A DNA stretch of 64,000 bases from Eledone cirrhosa (Eukaryota). Both the position numbers and the translations under genes were made by a program. The notes under the pieces were generated by a model. It ran no database searches and was not told the DNA's origin. It saw nothing but the letters and a program-made list of their open reading frames with translations. This document shows, piece after piece, positions 42,237 to 54,466 of the stretch; the stretch's first letter is position 1, and the number at the start of each line of letters is the position of its first letter. The stretch lies in assembly GCA_964016885.1 (NCBI GenBank), contig CAXHJY010000740.1:1-64000 (forward strand), read 5' to 3'.

Positions 42237-42247
42237 TATCTTATGTT

Positions 42248-42320
<73 letters not shown>

Positions 42321-42599
42321 CGTGTGTGTGATTTATATATGATGTACATATGTGTGTGTGTGTGTGTGCACATGTGCTTGTATATATATATATATATATA
42401 TACACACACATATATAACGACACTTTCCACATGTATACACAAGCACCACTGCTGCTAATGTCTCTACTGTCACGAATAAAACAGATTTGTAAGCTATGAC
42501 CAGCTCCTCGTGGTAATGTAGTAACTTCACTTATGATTCACTTGTGTTTCCACGTCTGATAACCACATACGTCATCAATTGCTTCTCGTTAATATTGCT

Positions 42600-42620
42600 T
42601 TCATCTCTTCTCCACCACCA

Positions 42621-42653
<33 letters not shown>

Positions 42654-43606
42654 ATCTCTTCTCCACCACCACTCTCTCTGTCTGTCTCTCTTTCATCTCT
42701 TCTCCATCACCACTCTCTGCCTCTCTCTCTTTCATCTCTTCTCTACCACCACTCTCTCTGTCTTTCATCTCTTCTCTACCACCACTCTCTCTGTCTGTCT
42801 CTCTCTCTCTCTGTCTTTCATCTCTTCTCCACCACCACTCTCTCATCTCTTCTCCCTCTCTCTCATCTCTTCTCCACCACCACTCTCTCTCTCTCTCTCA
42901 TCTCTTCTCCACCACCACTCTCTCTCTTTCTCTCATCTCTTCTCCACCACCACTCTCTCTCATCTCTTCACCACCACCACTCTCTCTCTCTCTCTCATCT
43001 CTTCTCCACCACCACTCTCTCTCTCTCTCTCATCTCTTCACCACCACCACCACTCTCTCTCTGTCTCTCTCTGTCTCTCTCTCTCTCTCATCTCTTCACC
43101 ACCACCACTCTCTCTCTCTCTCATCTCTTCTCCACCACCACTCTCTCTGTTTCCCACTATGCATCTGCCTCTTTCTCTCTCTCCCAGTCTCTCTTTCTGT
43201 CTCCCAATCTCTCTCCCACTCTCATCTCTCATCTGTCGATCTCTCCTTCTCTGTCTATACTTTTCCTATCCTCTCTACTTTCCCTTCTACACCTATCCGC
43301 CACCTGTCTCACACTATCACCTCTCCATTTTTTTCTATCCTGTCTTTCTCTTTATTTCTTCCTCTCTCTATCCCTATCTTTTCTTTCTTTCTTCTCGTCT
43401 TCCTTACCTCCACACCCCGCCACCTGTCTATTCCTACCTCCTTCCTTGCTCCCCACCTCCGCCACCTGTCTATCCTTACCCCCTTCGTTGCTCACCACTC
43501 TTTTTTTCTCTTTGATCTCTCTCTTACCGCCGTCTTCTATTTTCACATTCCTTTTTCCCCATTCCCTTTGTCAGTGTTACTCTCTCTCTCTCTCCCTCTT
43601 TCTCTA

Positions 43607-43637
<31 letters not shown>

Positions 43638-44180
43638 TTCTCTCTCTCTTTCTCTATATATCTATCTATCTATCTCTCTCTCTCTTTCTTTCTCTATCTC
43701 TCTCTTTCGCCATATCTCTTTATATCTCTCTTTCTCTCTACTTTCTCCTTCTCCCCTTCTTTCTCTACATACCCCCCCCGCCCCAATCTATCTACCTTTA
43801 CTCTTCAGTTTTCCTACCTTTCTCCCTCCGTCTTCCCACCATTTCTCGCGCTCTTTTCTATTATTTTCTCTTATTCGTTTTTTTGGGTAGTTTTAACTTT
43901 ATTATATAACTTTTTCACTTTTCAGTAAACTTCCCGTCTGTCACTCTCTGTCAGTCTGTCTCTCTCTCTCTGTCAGTCTGTCTCACTCTCTCTGTCTCTC
44001 TCTCTCTGTCGATCTCTCTCTCTCTCTGTCAGTCTGTCTCTCTTTCTCTCTCTCAGTCTGTCACTCTCTCTATCTCTTTCTCTCTGTCACTCTCTCTGTC
44101 TTTCTCTCTCTTTCCCTTTCTTATTTTCTACTTTTTCTTCGCGTTCATTTTTAAATTTCTCGCCCCCCCCCTCTCTCTCA
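42600..44180. repeat. Pyrimidine-rich low-complexity tract (TCATCTCTTCTCCACCACCAC(TC)n minisatellite, then (TC)n derivatives)
   Basis: Directly visible. Confidence 0.92.
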
Positions 44181-44234
44181 GCCGTCATCTGGGTATTTAT
44201 GGCCCTAGGCTAGCTCTAACATGTTATGCGCCCC

Positions 44235-44732
44235 ACCATACCACCACACCACCACTATACTATCATACCATCACACCACTATGCGACCATACCACTATAC
44301 CACCGCACCACTATACTATCATACCACCACACCACTATACTATCATACCACCACACCACCATACCACCACACCACCATACCACCACACCACTATGCGACC
44401 ATACCACCACACCACTATACCACCGTACCACCATACTATCATACCACCACACCACTATACTATCATACCACCACACCACCATACCAGCACACCACCATAC
44501 CACCACACCACCACACCACCACACCACCACACCACTATGCGACCATACCACCACACCACCATACCACCACACCACCATACCAGCACACCACCATACCAGC
44601 ACACCACCATACCACCACACCAGCACACCACCACACCACTATGCGACCATACCACTATACCACCACACCACCACACCACTATACCAGCACACCACCACAC
44701 CACTATGCGACCATACCACCACACTCCACAAC
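44235..44732. repeat. (CACCA/TACCA)-type low-complexity minisatellite
   Basis: Directly visible. The His/Thr/Pro-rich ORFs are artefacts. Confidence 0.92.
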
Positions 44733-44779
44733 ACAACTGGGAAGCAAACAATGTTTAAAGGTATATTTATTGACATTAC

Positions 44780-45682
44780 GGAGTTGCAGCATAGAGTTAC
44801 GGCTCTTTACGGTCTAAGTTCAAATCCCACCGAGGTTAACTTTGCCTATCATCCTGACGGGGGTCGATAAAATAAAGTACCAGTAATGCACTGGGGTTAT
44901 TGCTGGCCTTGTACCAAAAATAGAAACAATTGTATATTTGAATTTAATCATACAAATGAATATAAAACTGTGATTATTTAAAGTTCAGTAATTGTTTCTA
45001 CTTTTGGCACAAGGCCAGCAATTATCCCAGTGTATTACTGGTACTTTATTTTATCGACCCTGTAAGGATGAAAAGCAAAGTTAACCTCGGCGGGATTTGA
45101 ACTTAGTTCGTAAAGGGACGTAACTGTGCTACAAAGCATGGCGCCCGACCCTCTACCGATACTGCGACTCTTTTAGGCGGTTATCTAGTTCACCTGTACA
45201 ACTCTCCTATATTACCGCTTTTTTTCCAACGAACGTTCCCTTTGTCTACTATCAACTACACACCCGACAATATTTAAGTTTTCATTCATAATTGTTTCTA
45301 CTTTAGGCACAAGGCCAGCAATTACCCAGTGCATTACTGGTACTTTTCATTCATAAGATCCAATCGTTTGATTTGCTAAACATAGCATTTCAATTTCGCC
45401 ACAAACACATGCCATTATCCTGAAATAAAGACATATTGCATCATATTATTTTACCTGCCGAGGTTAACTTTGCCTTTCATCCTTACGGGGTCGATAAAAT
45501 AAAGTACCAGTAATGTACTGGGTAATTGCTGGCCTTGTACCAAAAGTAGAAACAATTATTTTACCTGAGTTCAAATCCCGTCGAGGTTAACTTTGCCTTT
45601 TATCCTTACGGGACCGATAAAATAAAGTACCAGTAATGCACTGGGATAATTGCTGGCCTTGTGCCAAAAGTAGAAACAATTA
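44780..45682. mobile_element. Cluster of five family-A SINE copies: 44780-44932 (+), 44989-45166 (-), 45289-45347 (-), 45456-45560 (+), 45565-45682 (+)
   Basis: Shared sequence and shared ...gtagaaacaatt ends. Confidence 0.85.
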
Positions 45683-45949
45683 TATTACAGGTTTTACTCA
45701 TTAGAATACGGCCATACTGGAACACTGCTTTTATTTAGTCGGTCATAGCGATCTCAGTATTTAGTTTTTCAAGTCTAGTACTTATTTTATCGATTCCTAT
45801 TTGTCGAACCGTTAAGTTACGGGAGATAAACAGAGACAATCACAAACATAAAACGTACACACTCACACATACATATATAAACCAGTATTTGTACTGCCTC
45901 TTTGGTTATGTTCCTGTCTAAGATTTAACTACGGGACCATACATACATG

Positions 45950-46219
45950 CAGGGGCCTCGTTTGCCTTAAAAATATGAGAGGGACAAACCAACATTTTTT
46001 TATTCTTAAAGGAGCATGTTAGTATTGCTTATGATACTTTTCCCGGACCCTATCACATGAGTAAAATTTTACATATTCAAATGAAGTTCAGAATTAAAAA
46101 AAAAAAGCTTAAAAGAATTTATTATATCAAATAAACAAAAAATAAAACATAGACGTTTGAAAAAGTGAGGTGGGGGACTTATCCCTGGTACACACACTCT
46201 CTCTTAAACAAGGCCCTTG
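45950..46219. mobile_element. Probable hAT-type MITE
   Basis: Imperfect TIRs caggggcctcgttt and aaacaaggcccttg. Confidence 0.5.
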
Positions 46220-46824
46220 CATTACATACATACACCCATGTATATATGTACCTATTTGAGAGGAAATATATATTTTAAATTTTATTTTAACAACTATAAA
46301 GTAAAATTCAACAGCAATGCCCTAGAACTTTCACTTGACTCAAAAATTGTCAGTATTGAATTTCAACATCTATTGACAATGTTTAGTTAAACGCTATTGT
46401 ATTCTGAATTCAAAATCCCGCCCGTGTTTTAAATACAAGCCACAGTTATTTATAAGTAAAGTATTAAATCAATTTGACGAGACGTATGTATACCGATTCT
46501 TCCTTTACACACACACGTGTGTGTAGTGTGTGTGTGTGTGTACACACATACAGTAACACGAAACAAAATAAGAGAAACATAAAATATTTCCATTTTCCAG
46601 AGACTTTTTTTTGTTTTTCGTTGATTTATTTTGGAATTCTTTTGTTTTAAAACATTCATGTTATTATCGTCTGATCCCGCAGACAGGATGTTTGAACTAT
46701 AACCGGATGGTTAAATATAAAGCTGCACAGTTTGTTTGAGGTTTGAAAGAAAAACAAATGGCGGCTCAATACTGTCGTTCTTAGAGAATATAAATACTTG
46801 TACAGCCAGACACTCACACACACA

Positions 46825-46877
<53 letters not shown>

Positions 46878-47002
46878 CAATGGAAAAGCCATTACAAAGA
46901 AGGTTAGCTATAAAATAGCTGAGCAGGTTAGACAAATAAGCGCTAAAAACGGGTAAAAAACATTAACAGAGCCGACTACGGGAATCAAATCATGCATAAT
47001 AT

Positions 47003-47184
47003 AATTGTTTCTACTTTTGGCACAAGGCCAGCAATTATCTTAGTGTATTACTGGTACTTTATTTTATCGATCCCGTAAGGATGAAAGGCAAAGTTAACCT
47101 CGGCGGGATTTGAACTCAGAATGGCAAGGGCCGTAACTCTATGCTGCAAAGCAAGGCGCCCGACCCTCTACTGATACTGCCAAA
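47003..47184 (-). mobile_element. Family-A SINE, near full length
   Basis: Matches the other copies. Head tggcagtatcagtagag, B box gagttcaaatc. Confidence 0.85.
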
Positions 47185-47386
47185 CCATATAGTATAATGT
47201 AGTATAATATAGTATATAAACATTACTAGATGACTGTTGACACTCCTAAGTTTCTCCGCCCTTTGACGGGTTTTGTTTTTCATCCCGCATGATGTCCAAA
47301 ATCACCCTCCTCACCAAGCAAGCTTGGTGGGATTGCCAGGCTAGTCGCAGACGACCCGACCATATATATATAAGTGCGCAAATACG

Positions 47387-47426
<40 letters not shown>

Positions 47427-47832
47427 TGTGTTCTTAGAGACTGCTACTTCATGTCTGGCTGTGTCTGTGGCCGATAAGGTGGGAACCAGTAAGGCCAGGA
47501 GAGAGAGAGATATAGAGTAAAATGTCTGCTACATCGTGAACCTTAACACGGACTGCTTGCTTCGGTCTCCCTGGTCCCCAGATTCCTTAACTCCTTGTAT
47601 TTATAATAGTGCTATAGTTAGAAGGATGTGTATATGAAGTTGATTTATGATCAGCCAAATGGATATCGTCTCCCCAACAAGCTGGGATCAGGGGTCAAGT
47701 GGTATGTACGTTTATCATCCTTGACTTGACAGGTCAATGGTGGGAAATTCCCCATAATGGGTGGTTTCAGATAGGAGAACTCTTAGATTCGGTTTCGAAT
47801 CTTCGCCGGGTAATTTATAGGAGAATTCCATT

Positions 47833-49472
47833 ACAGATCTTTCAATGTCTTCGATCACAGATCTTTCAATGTCTTCGATCACAGATCTTTCAATGTCTTC
47901 GATCACTGATCTTCCAATGTCTTCCATCACAGATCTTCCAATGTCTTCCATCATAGATCTTTCAATGTCTTCCATCATAGATCTTTCAATGTCTTCCATC
48001 ATAGATCTTTCAATGTCTTCCATCATAGATCTTTCAATGTCTTCGATCACAGATCTTCCAATGTCTTCCATCATAGATCTTTCAATGTCTTCCATCATAG
48101 ATCTTCCAATGTCTTCCATCATAGATCTTTCAATGTCTTCGGTCATAGATCTTTCAATGTCTTCGGTCATAGATCTTTCAATGTCTTCCATCATAGATCT
48201 TCCAATGTCTTCCATCATAGATCTTTCAATGTCTTCGGTCATAGATCTTCCAATATCTTCGATCATATATCTTCCAATACCTTCGATCATAAATCTTTCA
48301 ATGTCTTCCATCATAAATCTTTCAATGTCTTCCATCATAGATCTTTAAATGTCTTCCATCATAGATCTTTCAATGTCTTCGATCACAGATCTTTCAATGT
48401 CTTCGATCACAGATCTTTCAATGTCTTCGATCACAGATCTTTCAATGTCTTCGATCACAGATCTTTCAATGTCTTCGATCACAGATCTTTCAATGTCTTC
48501 GATCACAGATCTTTCAATGTCTTCGATCACAGATCTTTCAATGTCTTCGATCACAGATCTTTCAATGTCTTCGATCACAGATCTTTCAATGTCTTCCATC
48601 ATAGATCTTTCAATGTCTTCGATCACAGATCTTCCAATGTCTTCCATCATAGATCTTCCAATGTCTTCCATCATAGATCTTTCAATGTCTTCCATCATAG
48701 ATCTTTCAATGTCTTCCATCATAGATCTTTCAATGTCTTCCATCATAGATCTTCCAATGTCTTCCATCATAGATCTTTCAATGTCTTCCATCATAGATCT
48801 TCCAATGTCTTCCATCATAGATCTTTCAATGTCTTCGATCACAGATCTTTCAATGTCTTCGATCACAGATCTTCCAATGTCTTCCATCATAGATCTTCCA
48901 ATGTCTTCCATCATAGATCTTTCAATGTCTTCCATCATAGATCTTTCAATGTCTTCCATCATAGATCTTCCAATGTCTTCCATCATAGATCTTTCAATGT
49001 CTTCCATCATAGATCTTTCAATGTCTTCCATCATAGATCTTTCAATGTCTTCCATCATAGATCTTTCAATGTCTTCCATCATAGATCTTCCAATGTCTTC
49101 CATCATAGATCTTTCAATGTCTTCGATCACAGATCTTCCAATGTCTTCCATCATAGATCTTTCAATGTCTTCCATCATAGATCTTCCAATGTCTTCCATC
49201 ATAGATCTTCCAATGTCTTCCATCATAGATCTTCCAATGTCTTCCATCATAGATCTTTCAATGTCTTCGGTCATAGATCTTTCAATGTCTTCCATCATAG
49301 ATCTTCCAATGTCTTCCATCACAGATCTTCCAATGTCTTCCATCATAGATCTTTCAATGTCTTCCATCATAGATCTTTCAATGTCTTCGGTCATAGATCT
49401 TCCAATATCTTCGATCATATATCTTCCAATACCTTCGATCATAAATCTTTCAATGTCTCTGGTCATAGATCT
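47833..49472. repeat. 24-bp minisatellite (~68 copies, ATGTCTTCSATCAYAGATCTTYCA)
   Basis: 8-aa periodicity in the ORF track. A variant block is repeated at an offset of 1152 bp (48 units). Confidence 0.97.
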
Positions 49473-49509
49473 ACACGATCCTTTCTGGTTCAGATCTAAG
49501 TAACAATAG

Positions 49510-49600
49510 CGACAAGGATACAATACGTCACCGGAAATTAGAAATCGTGACCTTGCGATCGTGAGCCGAATACCTTAACCACTAATCTATGTACCTTCAC
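49510..49600 (-). mobile_element. tRNA-derived SINE head
   Basis: Minus strand tagtggttaaggtattcggctcacgatcgcaaggtcacg resembles the head at 36061. Confidence 0.6.
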
Positions 49601-50537
49601 ACACAACCCCTTTCGATATCAACCCGCCCAAAACTGGCTCTGGTCCTATAAAACAAAACAACTAATTTTGAAGGACTTCTATCTGAATCATAATCTGCCA
49701 ATATATAATAAATTCATATTAGTACATGTTAAGTTACTATCTTAGTATTGAAATAATTAGTAATTTTAGTAAATCCTTCAAAATCCTTCATTAATTAATT
49801 GAAATAGAGTGCACAGTTGTCTCCGGTATTCGCTGGAGAAACCGTGAATATTGAACGTGGTCCATAAAAATGCCTATAAACGTCGAAAATATAACGTAGA
49901 ATATAATTTTAAAAAAAGAGAGCGTCTTATGCGAAGGGGCGCCTTATGCGAAGGGGCGTCCAATAGGCCGGCAAATACAGTATATTGTTATTAATAATTT
50001 AGCGTTAAAAAATATATATTGCCTCGAAAAAAACCATTAAAAATCGCGGTAGATATTTATGATTCCCCGAATATGCAGTGCCAAAATTGAACTAAATGTC
50101 TTTGGTCTTAGATCTTCCAATGTCTTTGGTCATAGATCTTCCAATGTCTTCGATTATAGATCTTCACGATCCTTACTAGTCTGAATCTAAGCAACAATAG
50201 CGGCAACTTAACATTAACCTGTATTGAGCATCAACAATCTAATTGGAATTATTTGGTGAGGAAAAAAACAAAAAAACAAACAAAAAAACAAACATTATCA
50301 ATGACAAATATTATAATTGATAGCCTTGTGTCAAAAGTAGAAACAATTATTATTATTATTATTAATTTTGCAAATATGGGAGATAAATCTAGATACGATT
50401 CGATCTTTATTAGACCTTCTCAGCGAAGTCCTGACTACATCGTATTTTCCGAAATAATGACAAGAGAATTACTAAGTAGATGTAGAATATTACACACTAT
50501 TGGGCCTGGAATTGTGTGTTTACCATATGATTTCTAA

Positions 50538-50812
50538 ATGTTCACTGTATGGTTTACTGTATGGATACTATATGTTCACTGTATGGATACTATATGTTCA
50601 CTGTATAGTTTACTGTATGGATACTGTATGTTCACTGTATGGATACTATATGTTCACTGTATTGTTTACTGTATGGATACTATATGTTCACTGTATGGTT
50701 TACTGTATGGATACTATATGTTCACTGTATGGATACTATATGTTCACTGTATGGATACTATATGTTCACTGCATGGATACTATATATTTACTATATGGAT
50801 ACTATATGGTTT
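50538..50812. repeat. 22-bp minisatellite (TGTTCACTGTATGGATACTATA) with shorter subunits
   Basis: Directly visible. Confidence 0.92.
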
Positions 50813-51107
50813 ATTATAATTGTTCAACTGTTTTGTTTAACGTCCCCGAGCCAAACACTTGTGATGTTTGAAGGAGCTCCCGCTTCTTCTTCAATATGGG
50901 CGACGACCTTCAAAACCACATTCTCACTACGAACGCCATATCTGCCACCATCATCTCCCCGACGACGACCACCACCACCACAAGTACCCATCACCACGAC
51001 CACCACTACCAACACCACCAACACCACTACCACTACCACCATCACCACCACCATAACCAATGCCATAGTGATAAGCGACATCATCATGGTACCCATAGCT
51101 ATACAAG

Positions 51108-51217
51108 CTAGCTAGCGCTTCCAACATTGACATTACTGCCGCTGTTGAACCCAACTGATGACGTAGTTGATACTGCTGTGACGTCATTATCTACGGTTGA
51201 CAATGGAGAATCTTGTT
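51108..51217 (-). CDS. Candidate terminal coding exon of an unidentified host gene
   Basis: Pyrimidine-rich acceptor tttttcacgcctaccttttctaaaaatAG. The phase-1 frame reads (E)QDSPLSTVDNDVTAVSTTSSVGFNSGSNVNVGSAS*. AATAAA at 50815-50810. No homology recognised. Confidence 0.3.
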
Positions 51218-51394
51218 CTATTTTTAGAAAAGGTAGGCGTGAAAAATTGGTAATAAACAATTATTAGAAGTATTAGTATTCCTATTGTTTCAAATCTATA
51301 TCTTCCCACACAAAGATGGATGTGCTTCTAGTATCTATATACACATGGCACACACATGTGTAGAAGTAAAACTGATTGATTGATCTCCCTCTTT

Positions 51395-51447
<53 letters not shown>

Positions 51448-51449
<2 letters not shown>

Positions 51450-51632
51450 CGAAGGAAGTGTCGTAAGGAACCAGGTGGACCATAACGCACCAGAGTACTC
51501 GATACTTTGGGTAGTAGAGTGGGTAATAGGAAAAGGCTCAGGACCCCGACGGCAGATCTCAAGCTGTTTCGACGGATAGAAAAATAGCCGTCGAAACGGC
51601 TTGAGCTCTGCCGTCAGAGTCCTGAACCTTTT

Positions 51633-51637
<5 letters not shown>
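51448..51637 (-). mobile_element. Fold-back element family H1, copy 2, inside (TA)n
   Basis: Same tail as 41268-41344, inverted. Hairpin at 51526-51637. Confidence 0.85.
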
Positions 51638-51666
<29 letters not shown>

Positions 51667-51952
51667 CAGTCGATCGACTTTCGTTAAATCGGACCGAGGA
51701 AACAATGTTTCCGTTGGTCTTTCTAATTGCTAATACTCTCTATGAGTCGCAACTCCAGGTAGAAGGAGCATCCTGAAATAAAGGTGTCTTGCCCAAGGAC
51801 ACAACGCATCACCCGGTCCGGGAATCGAACTCACTTGCCACTCAGCCGCGCGCCTTCACCGTGTGTGTGTGTAGAAATATTCGTGAAAAAAAAGGAAAAA
51901 GGGAAACAGTTCTCTATCAGGGAAGAGAGCTGTTATATTATTTACGTTCAAG

Positions 51953-52141
51953 GGCGATGGGTTGGCAGTATCAGTAGGGCGTTGGACACCATGCTTCGCG
52001 ACAGAGAGAGTTATGGCCCTTTACGTTCTGAGTTTAAATCTCGTTACGGTAAGCTTTGCCTTTCGTCCTTACGAGGTCGATTTAATCGACTTTCTCCACC
52101 CTTCAAATTGCTAGCCTTGTGCCTATACTAGAAACAATTAT
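51953..52141 (+). mobile_element. Family-A-related SINE
   Basis: ttggcagtatcagtagggcg...ctgagtttaaatc...tagaaacaatt. Confidence 0.75.
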
Positions 52142-52552
52142 TTAGTTACGTTCATACACATAACAAGAGCGTTAACTATGGATTCAAGTTCCAATATTGA
52201 CCATATCTCCAGAATATAAGAGGGGGGTCAACATTTTAACCCGTCTTTAGGCGCTTATACGAATTTATACACACATACACATATGTATGTATGTAGGTGT
52301 GCGTGTGCGAGTGCGTGTGCGTGTGCGTGTGTGTGTGTGTGTGCAGGCACTCGATCTGCTAAAAACAGCACATAAATCATACCTAAGTAACAAGAGGAAG
52401 CACACGGTCATATCTCTGGGGTTAAAACGTTCGCTTGGTAGCCTCATCGTTTCAGGCTTGAGCCCTCTGCACGACCCCTTGGTCAAATAACTTAGCATCG
52501 ATTTGACCAATAACTTGTGAGCGCATGCAACCCCACTCAGTACACACACACA

Positions 52553-52729
52553 AAGCTGGACCATAACGCACCAGAGTACTCGATACTTAGGGTAGTAGGG
52601 TGGGTAATAGGAAAAGAGTCGGGACCCCGACGGCTGAGCTCCAGCCGTTTTGACAGCTAGATCCTCAGTTCGTATCTAGCTGTCGAAACGGCCGGAGCTC
52701 AGCCGTCGGGGTCCCGACTCTTTTCCTAT
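52553..52729 (-). mobile_element. Fold-back element family H1, copy 3
   Basis: Same tail. Hairpin at 52607-52729 with a different loop and different distal arm sequence. Confidence 0.85.
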
Positions 52730-53332
52730 ATATATATATACTGAGTGGGGTTGCATGCACAAGTGTACGCAGGTGAGTGCGTGTATATATTTACATGTAT
52801 GTATTTATGAAAACAGGCTTGTATTACACCTGTAATAGCTTTCCGGCTAATAAAATGGACAGCTAAGAATAAATGTTGATTGTAAGAAGATGATTAGATA
52901 ATTAGTATTAACTATGCCAATATCTAACTAACAGAATGGGTTCTTCATAATTTGTTGGCCATGGATACAGTGCTAGCAACGAGTATCGCTGTATTAAATG
53001 AGAGAAGGAATGAAGTGGAAGATTTTACCGCAGGTTTATTTTACGCTAGACTGCTAATAGGTTCGGCAATTGAGCTAAATATATCATCTCACATTTTTAT
53101 TTTATTTTTTTTTAAATACATTTTTGTCTGATTTTCCAAAAGATTTCCGAAGCGAATTCCACAATTAGAATTTTGATTGCATTATGAACTCTTAAGTTTT
53201 GATACCATCGTAGGTGGTGGGTGTAATTACATACGGACATTTATGCCTGGTGGAGCCCATCTCCCTCAAGGTCAGAACACCCGATTTCTCCCAGAGAAAG
53301 ATAAGAGAGCAAATATTAACACCCAGTAGTAG

Positions 53333-53360
53333 ACAGGTACTTTACTTATCGCCCTCAATG

Positions 53361-53400
<40 letters not shown>

Positions 53401-53424
53401 CATTGAGGGCGATAAGTAAAGTAC

Positions 53425-53428
<4 letters not shown>
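53333..53428. repeat. Perfect palindrome: 31-bp arms around (TA)n
   Basis: acaggtactttacttatcgccctcaatgaat-(TA)n-attcattgagggcgataagtaaagtacctgt. Confidence 0.95.
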
Positions 53429-53461
<33 letters not shown>

Positions 53462-53832
53462 TGTCTAGAACTTAGAAGGCCAAGGCTAAACAGAAAGAAT
53501 GAATGGAATAACAACAACACCCAAACAAACAACACTGACCTAAGAGAAGTATAAATAAATAAATACATACACAAGCACAATAACAACAAACACATATAAA
53601 CACACACTAGTAAAGATAGAATACATTAACCAATACACAGTTACCCAATCACGAACACTATACACACACGCAAACGCATGCACAAAGAAGACAAAATAAA
53701 ATAAACAAATAAATAAATATATAAACAGATTAAATAAAGATGGCGTAGAAAATACAATGTAACGGGAGGAAACAATAGCACCACTGGCGATGTTGCAGAT
53801 GTGCAACGAAAGAACTTTGATAAACTATATAT

Positions 53833-54005
53833 ATGTGTATTATTTTTGACCGTTGGTCAGTCAATGGCAACATTGAAGACCGAATAAATTAGATTACCGA
53901 TATAAAAGACACAGAAGCGAAAAGCGAAAACCAACCAAACAGTGAGTGTATTCTGTTATTAATTCTGGCAATGTTACACAAATATGACCCTCCTCAAGTA
54001 TAACA

Positions 54006-54009
<4 letters not shown>
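53833..54009 (-). mobile_element. Family H2 copy between (TA)n tracts
   Basis: Reverse complement of 41355-41522. Confidence 0.8.
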
Positions 54010-54052
<43 letters not shown>

Positions 54053-54095
54053 CACACATATATATATAGATATATATGTATATATACATATATAC

Positions 54096-54423
54096 ATCAT
54101 CATCATCATTTTACGTCCGCTTTTCCCTGCTTGCAAGGGTGGGACGGGAACTGATTCTGGCTTGATTTCTACAGCTGGATGCCCTTCCTAACACCAACCT
54201 CATTTACAGTGAGTGCTGGATGCTTTTTTCTGTGGCACCTCCACGACCACTTTTGCAGTGGAATGATAGGGATCCCAGTCCCTCTTATCTCATTTCTACA
54301 GCTGAGTAAACTGGAGCAATGTGAAATAAAATGTCTTGCTCAAGGAAACAACACATCACCCGGTTGAACTCACAACCTTTCGATTGCAAGGCCAATGCTC
54401 TAACCACTAAGCCATGTGCCTCC
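54096..54423 (-). mobile_element. Full-length tRNA/CORE-type SINE with RTE-derived 3' end and (GAT)n tail
   Basis: Head ggaggcacatggcttagtggttagagc. 54096-54250 matches the RTE 3' UTR at 2005-2270. Confidence 0.88.
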
Positions 54424-54435
54424 ATACACACATAC

Positions 54436-54466
<31 letters not shown>

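Noticed and set aside
47715-49523. Long repeat-protein ORFs (MMEDIERS / MSSIIDLS)
   Set aside because: They are a by-product of a 24-bp unit open on both strands, interrupted by a stop, with no credible flanking coding sequence.
52800-52860. Possible decayed hammerhead (acagg...cctgt stem)
   Set aside because: Both core segments are too degenerate to support a call.
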